Below, in pieces: positions 1 to 13,140 of a stretch of DNA of 64,000 bases. How positions within the stretch are numbered: position 1 is the stretch's first letter; each line of letters begins with the position of its first letter. Source of the DNA: Azolla caroliniana. Taxonomy: Eukaryota; Plantae; Polypodiophyta. The stretch lies in assembly GCA_043228905.1 (NCBI GenBank), contig JBHGNT010000005.1:18786001-18850000 (forward strand), written 5' to 3'. The position numbers and the translations under genes are program-made. The notes beneath the pieces are model-generated. The model was not told where the DNA came from and did no database searches. It saw nothing but the letters and a program-made list of their open reading frames with translations.

Positions 1-30
1 TGTGTGTATGTATGTATGTATGTATGTATA
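1..30. repeat. (TG)/(TATG)n microsatellite upstream of the putative AAPT 5' UTR
   Basis: Sequence reads tgtgtgtatgtatgtatgtatgtatgtata. Confidence 0.9.
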
Positions 31-951
31 CCAGATGTCCCTCAGATCTTTCTCTCCTACTGCGCCTGTCTGTGGATCTCTCTGTAGCTTCCTGGATCAG
101 CTGCTTCTTCATCGCCTTCTCATACATAGGTAACCCTATCCATTTTCATCTTCATCTCTTTCTTTCTTGTTTCCTGTTCATTGTTCACTCTCACTCTCTC
201 TCTCTGACTCCTCACCTCACTTCTCATTTCTTTTGCACATTTTCAGTACATGTTTAACCTGTTTTCCCTCCTGATTCCTTCATTTGTGATGGGCTTATTG
301 CCCCCTTTTTTCTAGATTTGTTTTTCACCTTTTTGTAATTTTCTAGGTTTCCATTCATGGTATTTTTTTTTCCTGGTATTTCATTCATAGGATCACGTGT
401 AATTTAAGTTCTTCTTCTCATTTTATATCCACGGTAAGTAGTTTTCTTGTGTTTCTTCGTCATGGTTCATTTTTCTTGTTTTATTTTTTCACTCATGGTT
501 TCAGAATCTTCAGCTCTTTTTCTTTGATTCATCGTCTTGCTTCTTAATTTTTGTTTCTTTATTTTGTCCCTTTTGAATTTTGTTTACTTTATCTCCATCA
601 GTTTGACTTCTTTGATGGAAGGAAGTTTCATTAATCTGCTTCAAAAAATGTTTTCTTAGAGTTTAGTTTAGTTTAATTTTAGTTCAAGTGTTTTTTCATT
701 CTAGCACAGTTAACTTTCTGTAGTTCTAACACCATCAATTTGATAAAAAAACTTCATCATTTTTGTATATTTTCTTTGATTGCTTTCATTGACTTCAATT
801 TTGTGTAAAAATGCAGATGATTTAAGGCTCTGAACTTCTCATTTCTTTAAGTTGAGAAGAGCAAGAAGAAGAAGAAGAAGAATCCAGGTGCTCAGGACAG
901 AACTTCCAAACACTACATAAGCCAAAATAATAAAGAAAAGAGAATCAAAAG
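31..951 (+). other. Putative non-coding 5' UTR exons of AAPT (approx. 31-130 and 817-951)
   Basis: CT-rich leader ending AG|GTAACC at 130/131; T-rich intron-like sequence; TGCAG| acceptor at 816 and AAAG|GTAATA donor at 951/952; CAG| acceptor at 5713 just before the AAPT ATG. Confidence 0.45.
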
Positions 952-1440
952 GTAATAAACTTTCATCAAAACATCGTTGAAATGCTTAATGATAGATATC
1001 TCAATATTTTCTAAAACATCTTTCTAAACTTTCGAGGGTTTTTCTACCTTGAATTTCAAACTTTAATATGCTCTAAACGTGATAGTTGTTCTTTTCCCGA
1101 ACAATATGAATCTATCATCATTTTTTCCTTTAATACCCATATGGCATGCTCCCATTTATGACAATCATGGGTTTGCTGGCTTATGGTGTTCAATGTGCTT
1201 TGTGGTGTGAACATCAACTATGGTTAAATATAACCAAGGTATGTCTACAATATCTTGGTACTCTTGATTATTGACGTAGGTGGGGAGGTGAATCTCATTT
1301 ATGTAAAAGGGTATATTTTTTATATGAAAAGAATTCCTTTCATAGAAAAGTATACAATGGGATATGTCCTTTAACTTTTAAGTCTCTTCATTGGTGTTTG
1401 GAAGTAACAATTGGCAACGGTTTGGTTTGGATTGAGAGGG

Positions 1441-3556
1441 TCAACGCCGATCGTCGGCGTTTGAGCCGGTCCCCATACATCCGAGTGTATGACGTCGAGG
1501 AGGCCTTTGCTTGCGGAGCTCTCCTTTAGGAATGGGAGTCGATGTTGTTTGCCGAGTTGACATGCTTCGCATACTCGGTCGACTCGAATGTCGGAAGTCC
1601 GATGATGACTCCCTTTGTTTGCATAGCTTAGAGCCGTTGGAGGTTGATGTGGCTGATTCTCTTGTGCCACAACTCGATGTTCGTCTCGGTTTTGAGACCT
1701 TTAGCATACATGGCCGATTTCACCTCGTTCGAATCGAGGATGAACATGCGACCATCTCTTTGTCCCATGGCTATGAGTCGGCCATCTTTCTCGATGAAAC
1801 AACCTTCGTTGTTGAAGCGGACTTGCATGCTTTGCTCCACGATTTGGCCGACTGAGACCAAATTCTTCGTTATTGTGGGAACGTGCAAGACATTCTTGAT
1901 GCAAGTTTGTTCACCGTCTTTCCCGAATGGGACATTGCCGATGTGCTGAATGGGTTGTGTGGTGTCGTCACCCGTCTCTATGACGCCGGGTCGATCGGGT
2001 GTGCGCAAATCATTGAACCACTCTGCGTGGGATGTCATGGGGTGAGGCGCTGGAATTGACGAACCACACGTCTTCTGAGTTGGAGGTGCTTGTGGAGTCG
2101 GAAGCTGTCATAGAGTTCACTCTATCTCATTACGAATAGACCACCGTAGTCGTCGTATTCGAAATTGTTGGCGTAGTTTGTCAGTTGTCAGCTTGTCGAA
2201 GCCGACTCACTTCTCTTTTTCCAACACTCCTCTTTGCGGTGGCCGATTTTGCCGCAATAATTGCAAGTTGTGGGCCTCGTTTGCCGACCTTGTTCGACAT
2301 GGAAGCTTCCCCTTCTTCCGAAGGTTCCTTGATGGCTTCCGTCTTGTTGTCGAAGGTTTGAGTTCCAGTCGTGTGATGTTTCGAATCGACCTCTTCTACC
2401 GCCTCGACCTCGTCCTTGGCCACCATCCAAACTCGAGAAGAACATTTGTCCTTCCGACGTCTTGGTCTTGGTTCGAACGTGGTTCTCTTCGACCAATAGC
2501 ATTGATTGAAGGTCGAAACAAAGGAGGGTTTTCCCTCGCTAAGATTGCCGTCCTCAACGAGTCGAATCGTTGTGCGAGGCCGCCCAAGCATACTTGAACC
2601 ATCTCGTCTTCGTCGACGTTTATGTTGATGGAGCCAAGCGAGTCGCAAATGCTCTTTGTCTTGGTGGTGTAGTCCGACATAGACATATCTTCTTGCCTAA
2701 TGTTGTTCAACTCTTGTCGGAGTTGAAGCTTTCGAGTAGTCGTATTGGCGGCGAACATTTTCTTTAAGTTCGCCCACGCTTCTTTCGGCGTCTTGGCGTC
2801 TCGAATGTGGCTAAGCATGTGGTCATGGACACATGTTGCCAAGCAATACATGACTCGACGAGCCGCTTGCTCCCATGTTGAGTAGTCGGCGTTCTTTGGG
2901 TTGGGTCGATTTTCTTGTGGGCCGTTGATGTAGCTCCAATACCCTTGGCCGACAAGGTATTGGTTCATCTTGTACTCCCAAGATGAATAATTACTCCGGT
3001 CTAGCTTTTCACTAGGGAGCGAGCTACCCATTTGTGTGTTCATTTTAACGTAGTTTCTTCCTTCTCTGCTTTCTTTCCTTTGATCACGTGCTACATAGCG
3101 GCACTACAGTAGTCGATAGCTGGATTTTGTCGTTGGCATCTTGAACACAATCACAGAGTTGGGTGAGCTTAGGGAATTTTCTAAACCACACGTTCTGATA
3201 CCATGTTAAGAATTAGGTAATTAAGCAAGGGTTAATTAGTACCTAATTATGTGATTAAGTTAAGTGCGGAAGATTATGTGATATGTGTGTATGTGTGTGA
3301 GAGGAAGAGAGAGAGGAAGTTACACTTATGAACAACACAAGATGGGGGATGATTAACTCTATATTAAATTAGCATCATCGAATACAAAAATACCTACAAT
3401 GAGGTATATATATATAGATCTCATGTGCAAGGGTGCACATGTGTGAGGAGAATATAGGTACAAAGGTGTAAGTCCTATATTAAATGTACTTGGGAGTGGA
3501 GGATCTAGAATATTCCACTTAAGTACAAGTTCCTATTTAAGGCGTTATAGTTAACA
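1441..3556 (-). mobile_element. Truncated Ty1/Copia LTR retrotransposon (5' LTR, PBS, gag, protease, GAG-pre-integrase; 3' part missing)
   Basis: LTR 3204-3556 with TGTTAA...TTAACA ends; PBS TGGTATCAGAAC (3192-3203, - strand). gag ORF MNTQMGSSLPSEKLDRSNY; CCHC knuckle CNYCGKIGHRKEEC; ELWHKRISHIN; CEACQLGKQHR...LDVIHSDVWGP. Frameshifted; no RT or 3' LTR. Confidence 0.9.
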
Positions 3557-5200
3557 CTTCCAACTTGATTCTATCTAGGTAACTACGAAGTTACATGGTT
3601 GACTAACTAAACTAAATTGAGCTTGATCTCTCAACACTAATGAACTCTCTATTTGTGTTCATGTGTACATGGGAAAGCTTAGAGCCCATATGATTGCATT
3701 GTACATGAGGGCAAGGGTGACCATGATGTGAACTAACCATATTTTGATTCGAGGCTCTAGGAAGTGTGCCTATTGGCATTGTCATTCTAGCATCACTAAA
3801 GCTGCATATCCTTGAGGTAGCCAATCTTTGGCAGCTTAGGTCATAGAGAAGCGCCCATTTGTGCTTGTAAATGTGACTCCGATATATTCATTGGAATCCA
3901 CTACTTCAACTTGCCCACTTGATAGGGTGAAGACAGCTTGTGGGCAAGTCAACTGGCTGCATGGAAGATCGTGGCCTTAGTTCTTCTTAGGTTTACCAAG
4001 AGCCCCTTTTTTGGCAAAAAGCATCCAGGGCATTGAGATGGTATTGTAGACCAACATGAGATTCAGAGACCAAGATTATGTCATCAACATATAGATAGAT
4101 AGATAGATAGAAAGATAGATAGATAGATAGATAGAAAGATAGATAGATAGATAGATAGATGGATGGATTCTATTATCGTCTTCGGAGGTCAAATATGACC
4201 TATGAGACCAAAAATATTACATTTCACGTGATACGTGTGAAAGTGAGTAGCGATTCTCGATGTTCAAGAACTTTACCTGGCCGAAGGTTGCAATCGACAA
4301 TGCACATTGTGGTTGTGAGAGAAATTCGTGCAAGGGTTGGGCTTGGTTGAAAATGTGTGGAAAGCATGGTTGAATATGATCAAAAGGCAGAGCATTGTAT
4401 CAAAGTGCGATATTGAGACTCTCAAACTTGTTTAGGGCAAAGTGTGCATAGTCGACCACTCTCATCACTTGTTTAGAAGAATGTGAAAGAATGTACCTGA
4501 TATGTTGATTCCCATGCCGTCTCCAAGTGTAATGTAGTCCGCTACCTTGTCAATGTAACATTCAAAGAGGATAGGGAAGAATGGACATTCATGCTTCATG
4601 GCAAAGGGGATAGTAATTATCTCTGAAAGGCCCCTTGGACACCTCACTTGTCCCAACACATAGTGCATATAGAGCCCACACCATGTCAAATAAAATTTTG
4701 ATTGCATGGAGGTTTTAGAGGACATGTGCCCTTGGTTCAATATCAAATGCTATGTGGAAATCTACAAAGCATCCATACACACTTCTTTTGTGACTATCTT
4801 GGTCCACCAAGCAACGTAATGTAAGGATGTGGTCGGTGGTAGAGAAAGCTATCCCAAATTCCACTTGGCGGAGCCGTATCTCTTTGATCTCATTCTAAGT
4901 GTTGAATTTCGCTTAAATCACAGCCCCATAAAGTTTGGCAAGCCTGTGGCCTATCATGATAGTTAGATAGCTCACTGGTTGTAGGAGGGTCACGTACGGA
5001 TAGAGACAGTCGTGTGCATGGTCCATGTGTTGAGAAAGGCCTCTACTAAGGTTCTTTGAAATTTGAAAGTGTGTGCAAGGATAGGAGCAAGCGTGCTTAC
5101 CATATATATGAGGTATTTGGCCTTGTAGTCCTGTATGGGTGGATGATTGTGCATGTTGCGAGAATGATAGCATTCTAATATACACGTATTCACCTCTTGA
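3557..5200 (-). mobile_element. Degenerate LINE reverse transcriptase fragment
   Basis: Minus-strand peptides LFECYIDKVAD...FHILL (ORF 4465-4746) continue as YVDDIILVSESHVGLQYHLNALDAFC left of 4092; YRPIMIGHRLAKLYG-like motif near 4920-4970. Confidence 0.75.
4091..4473 (-). mobile_element. 5'-truncated LINE 3' end with an (ATCT)n tail, inserted into the older LINE RT
   Basis: Reverse complement of 4165-4473 aligns by eye to 25795-26080 (e.g. GGTAAAGTTCTTGAACATCGAG and CGAAGACGATAATAGAATC); (GATA)n at 4091-4160 forms the tail. Confidence 0.85.
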
Positions 5201-5728
5201 AAGCTTAATGCCTATATCGTATAAGGGAATTTTCTAATATATGGAAGGAGTCATCTTTTGAAGTCATGAAAAACTATAAATTATTGAGATCTTTGTGACA
5301 TTGACATTCGGTAGGCTAAAAAATATAGTCATCCCCAAACAAATTGTTCAAATTTCTTCTGTTCTAATGTTGTCAAATAGCTTGTGTGTTTTTCATGATG
5401 AATGTATCCTTTTTTCTATGGTACTTGCATGAATTATTAGGTGGGATTCCAGTCATCCATATTTTAAATCAACCTTGTGAGATTTACCATAAAGTCTGTT
5501 TAAGATTCATTATTTTACATGTTAGACTCGATGTATTTTCATAACACACTAGTTTTACTAAAATAAAACAATTTTTTTTTCTTAAACCAATACTTTTGTT
5601 TATTCTTTTATAAATTTTAATGTTGAGAACGTGGATTCAATGTTTATTCTGTTAAATATTTTAAGGTTGACAATGTGGATTTGATCATTATTACTCATCA
5701 GAGTTACTTTCAGGTTGATGCTATCATC

Positions 5729-8700
5729 ATGGGATACATTGGAAAGCATGGAATTGAGGCATTACATAGGTATAAATACAGTGGTGTGGACCGATCTTAC
5801 ATGGCAAAATATGTCTTCCAACCTTTCTGGAGCCGTTTTGTGACACTTTTTCCTCTATGGATGCCGTGAGTAGTCACACTGTATATTTGATATGCTATTT
5901 TTATTTTGCATGATAGTTTTGTATAAAGACTTTCTTACACAAATTTGTTTTTCTTTACTTTTTTTTAAGCCTCAATGAAACTTTATTTCTAGAATCACAT
6001 AGAGATCATAATTTTCTTCACAGTTTCTATATTTGCTAACTCCTATTCTCTTTTTGTGCTATGTGGATATTTCTCCATCAGGCCCAATATGGTAATGAGC
6101 TGCTTTTATCTTAATGTGCTGTAAGGCATTTTCTTATAGGAAGGCTAGGAAATACAGCTAAAATTGAAGAAAAGCATGTTTATGAATTCTTCTGCAGATC
6201 ACCTTGACAGGATTCTTATTTGTTGTCGCATCTTCCTTGCTCAGCTATGTAAGTGCTCATTAGAATATGAAGATTTTACTGGTGCACATTAACATTTCAT
6301 ACAAATATGAAAATATAGTCCAACTGATTCTCCTTAATATTAATTCATCTTTGAACTTTTTTGATACCATCATTATATACAGATTTATAATCCAAGTTTT
6401 AAGTATCCCTCTCCAAAATGGGTGCACTTTCTTCATGGTCTGCTGCTCTTTTTATATCAGGTTTGCTTAAGATTTAAGTGAAATATTAATCTAGAGGAGA
6501 ATTTATATCAATCATGTAATAAGAATAAAATATTGAGGTGAAGATTTATAACAAAGAAAGCATAAGGAGAGGAACAAACAACTGTGGAGGATTTTGGGTC
6601 ACCTCCACTAACTAAACAATATCTTTAAATCCATATAGCAATTAGAAAAAAAGATGAAATTTCGGAAAGTTAAAAGAATGCATAAAATTCCAACAAGTTA
6701 AACATCATACATAGGCTCTAGTGTTTTCTTCCTATTATCCGAATTTGTGCAATTTTCAGAAACCTCCCTAAACTAGTCATAAATGCTTAATTGAAAATCC
6801 ACTCCAGCTTGTAAATAATATGTGTGTGTGTGTGTGATGTATGAAAATGCAATATATTTTTATTTAGTTATGAAATCATTTTGGATTTTTTGAAAAACGA
6901 AAATCGAAACCACAGAACTTGGGCAACCACAGAAGGTTTTCTTAAGAGACTAGCTGAATTCCAAAGCATAAATTTAGGCTGGATTGGGTATTGATTGCTG
7001 AGTTCTTATTAATTGTTTGCCAGACCTTTGATGCTGTTGATGGTAAGCAGGCTAGGCGCACAAGCTCATCCAGTCCCTTGGGAGAGCTTTTTGATCACGG
7101 TATATATCCATTACTTGGTTTTTATCATACAATGGATGCTTCTATTTTTTACCCATGGAGTTGATGCTCTAACCAACTTGCATTTGTTTCAGGTTGCGAT
7201 GCCCTTGCATGTGCAGTAAGTAGATATTATTGCCTATTTTTCCGTAACCATTATTATAAGAAATTATCTACTCCTGAGCATGATTTACTTTGATGCATAT
7301 GCAGTTTGAGACGTTGGCTTTTGGGAATTCTGTAATGAGTGGAAAGCACACGTTTTGGTTCTGGGTGATAGCTGTCATTCCCTTTTATGGTGCAACATGG
7401 GAACAGTATGTGTTATATATTGGTCGAGTATAGAAGTTCATTGATGAGCTTATTTTCTCTTGAGTGGGATATTGTTTTTTAGTGAAATACATATATCATA
7501 TGCTAATAAATTTGAATGGACTTGTAGCTTTTTCACAAATACACTTATTCTGCCAGAGATCAATGGGCCAACTGAAGGCTTAATGCTAATATACCTATGT
7601 CATTTCTTTACAGCTATTGTTGGTAGTGCTCTTAACAATCTATTAATCATTCTTCTTAAGTTTAAGAAACTATAGAGAAATTAATACTCTTGATGTTATA
7701 TGCTGTGTTGAAGGGCCATCATTTTGGTCTCAAAGGTTTGGTGATATTTTCAGTATATTTGCAGGCTTTCCATTTCTTTCTGGTCAGTGCAATGTGTTTC
7801 ATTAATATCCTATTTGGCTTTTTAATATGGAAAAATGTATTTATGGCAATTTCTTTGATCTTGTCTTGGGCAGGTCTAGTATTATATGACGTCGTTATTA
7901 TATCAATGATGCTATTTGCAGTCACACCTACAGTGAGCTATAAGTATGTTTTCTGTTTCCTCTCTGTGATTCTATGGCGGAGGCTCAAATGGACACTCTG
8001 ATTCATTGGTAGAAGGATTTCTTGACTATTGGATTTGCATTTTTTCATGCTCATGATAGTGTCTACAATGTATACACTGTGGTGAAGAACAAAAATGGAA
8101 GCATGACGCTGGCGTTGGCTATGGTAGGGTTAATACAGCTTTATATTTGATTTATTTAGTGTTTTGGGTGGTAAACACCAGTTATATTTTCTAGATATTT
8201 TTACAGGAATAAATGGCATACTCAATGCCATATATTTTGACCCTATTCTTATTTATGTTTCAGCTTTTTCCTTTCTTCTTGCTGATAGCTGGAGTTTCAA
8301 CATGGTATGCAATTAAACCATATGCTATATGCTTAATTTTTTCTCATTTGTTATCTCAACAGAACAACATTTTGTGGACAATTGAAAGTTTGTTCTCTTT
8401 TTAATGTGGTATTGTTGAGAAGACGAGATAAGTATCCATGGTTTGTTTATTCCTCTATTTTACTAGTGTGATATATATGTTGGTTATATTTTTAATAGAA
8501 GGTAAAGTATAGATAAAGAAAAGAGTGTATAGAGAAGGATCATAATGTCTCATAGACTTAATATATTTCATATTATTATCACGCGCAATTTCATTTGTGA
8601 CAATGCTCCTATGATATTTCTCTCATTATGTTTTTTCACGTATTCAATGTGAGCTGAGAGTATCTTATACCTAATTTGTTGTCTAGTGCATGCATGATAT

Positions 8701-10526
8701 GGGGGATGGCAATCGTAGACTCATCTAAGTAGTTTGGTAATTTTATAACTGACTTGGTTGCCTTAGTGGTATAGCTAATGAGCCTAAACAAAGATATCTT
8801 TGATTCGAGTCTAGAAATGTTCTTTGTGCTTGTGTGTTTTATTCAACCCTATATTATATATTATATATCTGTGTGTGTTTTTATAGGTTTTGAATACATT
8901 GTCACTAGGGATGCTTATGTGTTTTTAGAGATTTTGTCACTTAAATATTTTCACCCATCTCTTTCAGGGGATTACTGTCACCATCGGACATACTGCAGAG
9001 TCAACCTCACCTGGTCATGGTTGGCAGTGGTTTTGCATTTGGCTATCTTGTTGTAAGCCCCTTTATTGCCATTCATGATCTGCCCTGCACTTGGACTCAG
9101 ATGGGACGGAATGATCATTTTGATTAGTGACTGATACAATTTTCTCTTTGTAATTTATCGTAGGGGAGGTTGATCCTAGCTCATTTATGTGATGAGCCCA
9201 AAGGGTTAAAAACCGGCATGTGTGTGGTAATTATTAATGCCCATAACTTCTCCTTTCTATTCTATATGTATATGTTTTCTTTATGATTCTGACTGGCTAA
9301 GAGCCATGTCCCAGTAGGAATGGGTTAGTTGCACCATAAAATAAAAATAGAAAACAAAAACATTTTATATTCTAGCCTCACCATAATCTAGGATATAAAA
9401 AGAGCAAAATGGATTCAAAGTGGAAAGTTTTCCACTTTTACTTCAAAAAGTGAGGAGTTTTAATTTGTTGAAACTAATCATCCTCAACACATGAATGATC
9501 GAAGTTTAAATAGTCTTAAAAATTCTTTTTAAATTTTAGTGGTCTTAGTAAAGTAAAAAGAGAATAAAAACCTTACAAATGTGAATAAAAAACATGAAAA
9601 ACCGGTTTGAGAACTATTTTTTGATAAATCTGAAATTTATTAAATAATATAATCCTCTTACAAATGTGATGGGATGTGGCATTCTGAACATTAATCTCTC
9701 CTGCTATGGTTAATGTATTTTTACAGTCATTGCTATTCCTTCCACTCGCAATAGCCAATGCTTTGTCTGCAAAGCTGTTAGGGGGGTAAGTAACGATATT
9801 TGCCTAAAATGATGTGCTTCAACACCCTTTATACATATAGATCAATTTATTGATCAACATATATATCTATCTATATGTATCCTTCTTAAGGAATTTGTTA
9901 ACACATTCTAGGTTTACGCTGGTGGATGAACAATGGATTCTTCTTGGTTATTGTGCATTTACAGGTAAAACTGTTGCTCAAAAAGTTATTTACTCTTTGA
10001 AAAAGCATAATTTAGATAGTAAAATGCTGAAGGCTTAAAAGTAGTAGAAGATTTGCTAACCGTTTCCATGTTTGTAAAAAATCTGTTATCCATCGTAATG
10101 CTGTGGTCAAACTTCTTTTGCACTTGATGGAGAACTTTGTTGCTAAAATTTTCCGTTAGTTCTTTCTAAAACTTTATTCATTTCTACATTGTTTGGAAGT
10201 AATGTCTTTGGTTTTTTACTTAATTTTGGTTCAGGGTCTTTAGCTGGTGTGATTCTATTGGTTGTTTTTATTTATCTCATAGTAGTTTTTTTTTAATTTG
10301 AAGGTAATTTTTTGTTTTTCTTCCAGTATCTTTGTATATGCATTTTGCTGTTAGTGTCATTCACGAGATTACAGATGCCCTTGGGATACATTGCTTCAAG
10401 TAAGAGCTATTATATATCTCATTTCTTGTCTTTTCTCTCTATACATTTGTTATTACATATGGCAAAACGTGAATCATGAAAATATGTTCTTTTCTGGCTT
10501 CCAGAATTGGTAGGAAAGAGGCGTAA
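5729..10526 (+). CDS. AAPT1: Aminoalcoholphosphotransferase (choline/ethanolamine phosphotransferase), 18 coding exons
   Basis: GT-AG exons 5729-5865, 6082-6091, 6198-6248, 6383-6460, 7024-7099, 7193-7215, 7305-7405, 7528-7622, 7714-7782, 7874-7943, 8060-8123, 8264-8304, 8968-9052, 9164-9226, 9727-9785, 9912-9964, 10327-10399, 10505-10526 join in frame. Protein reads [21 protein letters not shown]..., CDP-alcohol motif [42 protein letters not shown], and ends KIGRKEA*. Confidence 0.96.
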
Positions 10527-11799
10527 CTTCAAGAAATCATGTACATGATTAATGATGGGCACACTGAAAAAACAGGGGATTAATTTTCTCACCATTTTTT
10601 AGAGGAAAGAACTGGAAATGAATGAACATTTGCTATCAGAAGTTTTTTGGTGCATCACGTTTCAAGAGAGAGCCAATGCTGTATGAAAACTGATATATGA
10701 TGTAAGCAATATGGAAGAGAGAGGTCGCATTGATTCTTGGCATTCATCATTAATGTGTTTAATGGCTGCCAAAACTGCGTGAAAGGTTTCTGCAATAATG
10801 TACTCATTGCATCGAAATCTTCTGTGGGGGAGCCTGATTTCAATTCACAATAATAACTGTAGAAGAGTGTGACAAGTTTGAAAAATGGCTCAAAAGTAAA
10901 TGGGCGAAAAGTTTTATATTTTTCTCCAGTTTGACAACCCCAGCTGGATTGGTTTTGCCAAGATTCATTTTCCATTTAAAATTTTGTACTTACTATTGTG
11001 ATTTCTATTATTTTTTGAATGTGGAAAGGTTAATTCATAAAGGGTATGTTTAGGAAGTTCTCCAGTAAACAAAGAACATGAAGAAAAATGAAATAGAAAA
11101 TGTGTTTATCTATTTGTTCTATATATTTATACCATTATGAATTTGAAATGCATTCGTAAATCTTGCAAAACAAGTTTTTTCACCAAGGGATCTTAATGGA
11201 GATTCCAAAAAATTAGGTAGGTAACCAAAAGCTTGTGGAGAAGGCTGTAGCTGTTTATTGCATCCAGTTCATTGTGTCTTGAGGAAGGGTTTTATGAACT
11301 AGTATGTCTTATCATTTTTCCTAAATCATTTCAAATCAATCGATTTTTTAAAGTTCTAGGTTAGGGTTTATTGGTTTGCTTGGGCAGGTTCTATGTAGAG
11401 GTTGGTTGTTATCAGTTGTTCCATGTTTTGGTTTAACTGTAATAGATAATGGTACTTTGGTTTAGTGTGATGATTCAGTAGTTTGTGTGTTTTGGGTATT
11501 GAAATGGTGAGATTTTAGGTATCCAAGTGTTGACAGTTAATGATTGTGTTATATTCTAGTGTGATGAAGGTTATTTATATCGTGTTGTGTATTGATGGAA
11601 GTTGCATGGTATCAAGGTGTAATTTACATGTAAATTTTCAATATTGCTTATTGGTAGTAAAATTGGTTTTGTGGTTGTCAACTATTGTTTGGACCTTAAA
11701 GTTTCTATACATAGCCCAATGAGTGCTTCATGCACAATGTGGTGTGTTAAAGAAGCATTTAGGAAGCATTTACTTTTCTATTTCAAAACGTTTTGATGA

Positions 11800-12600
11800 C
11801 AACATTTCACACCATCTAAAATCCAATTGAACCTTAGACTATTCATACATTTGCTTGGTACATAGAATACACCCATTATATTTAATGGTAGATCCTGTGT
11901 TCAAATATTGGGATGCATAGAGCACATTTATTAAAGAAAGGGGAAATATTGTCAAACATGAACCCAAATAGGGTAAGGTGTGAAAAACCTCAATAAAGAA
12001 GTGGTGCTCATGTTTCTTTAACAATAATCTAGCTAGTATGTTGAATGACTCCATGCACTAGAGTTCAAATCTCATAAAGTAGATGCCACTCCATACTACA
12101 TAGTGATATGTTGTGTCTATCATAGAACATTACCGTTTAAGTTTGTAGTTGGATAATAACAGGAAATCATAAAATTGATAGAATTCAAGTTCGATTGTCA
12201 CCATGGGCTCAACCCTATCCCATTCACAATCAATCTCCTATTGATATTAGTGGTAAGAAATAGTTTTATTAGGAATAGCTTCAAATCATGCCAATAACAC
12301 ACTAATATCATCGTGTAATCAAACCATGTATTCCAATAATAACACTCTAGTACCTCAACAATGCATTCGGGTACTCAAATTTAATAACTAATTTACTTAG
12401 TAATATGAGTGATGAAACATAATGGTAAGCAATGGAAAACCCAAAAGCTTCACAAGAATAGTAACTAAATATGTCTTCTTAAAATCTATAGAAATGAATG
12501 CAATGTTTGTGGAAACATTTGGAACAATCTCGAAAAGGCCCCTACAAATGCATGTCAAATGACATGCTAAAATTCTATTTTCCATGTCATATATATTCTC
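11800..12600 (-). mobile_element. Highly degraded LINE-like RT remnant
   Basis: FISIDFKKTY (DFxKAxD-like) in ORF 12397-12585 and an HDDISVLL (YADD-like) stretch near 12290-12320; otherwise decayed. Confidence 0.35.
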
Positions 12601-12729
12601 TATACATATGTCACTTATTATAGATATTATGAGTGTGTATAATAATATATATTATATTATATTATATTATATGTGTTTTGTATAGTCTCCTTATTATAGC
12701 TTCCTTGTATAGTCCCCTTGTAAGAATCC

Positions 12730-13140
12730 TTCCTAACTAATGGGAAAGTAGCTTCATTTTGGAAAAAGAAAATAAATAAATTATATTATATGTGTTTTTG
12801 TTTTTCCAAAAAATTATATGTAACATGCTTAAAATAATATCATAATCATGTAATAATGATATACATATATTCTCAAATATTTATTCTTTACTAATAATAC
12901 TAGTTGAAATTTGGTTGGAATTTTAAACAATAATCTTTATTAAATACTTTAAGAGTGTAAACTCTAGGTTTGATTTTAACGTTTTAAGTTTTAAGTTAAA
13001 ACTAAATTTTTTACTTACCTAAAATTTTAAGTAAAACAATTTTTTTCCAAAAAATAACCTTTTTTTCATACTTATTTGTAAAAACATTAACACAATTTTT
13101 ATTTTTTTACAAAAAAATTCTACTTCCATTAGTTAAGAAA
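12730..13140. mobile_element. Possible AT-rich MITE
   Basis: TTCCTAACTAATGGGAAAGTAG at the left and CTACTTCCATTAGTTAAGAA at the right are imperfect inverted repeats around about 370 bp of AT-rich DNA; no clear TSD. Confidence 0.35.
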
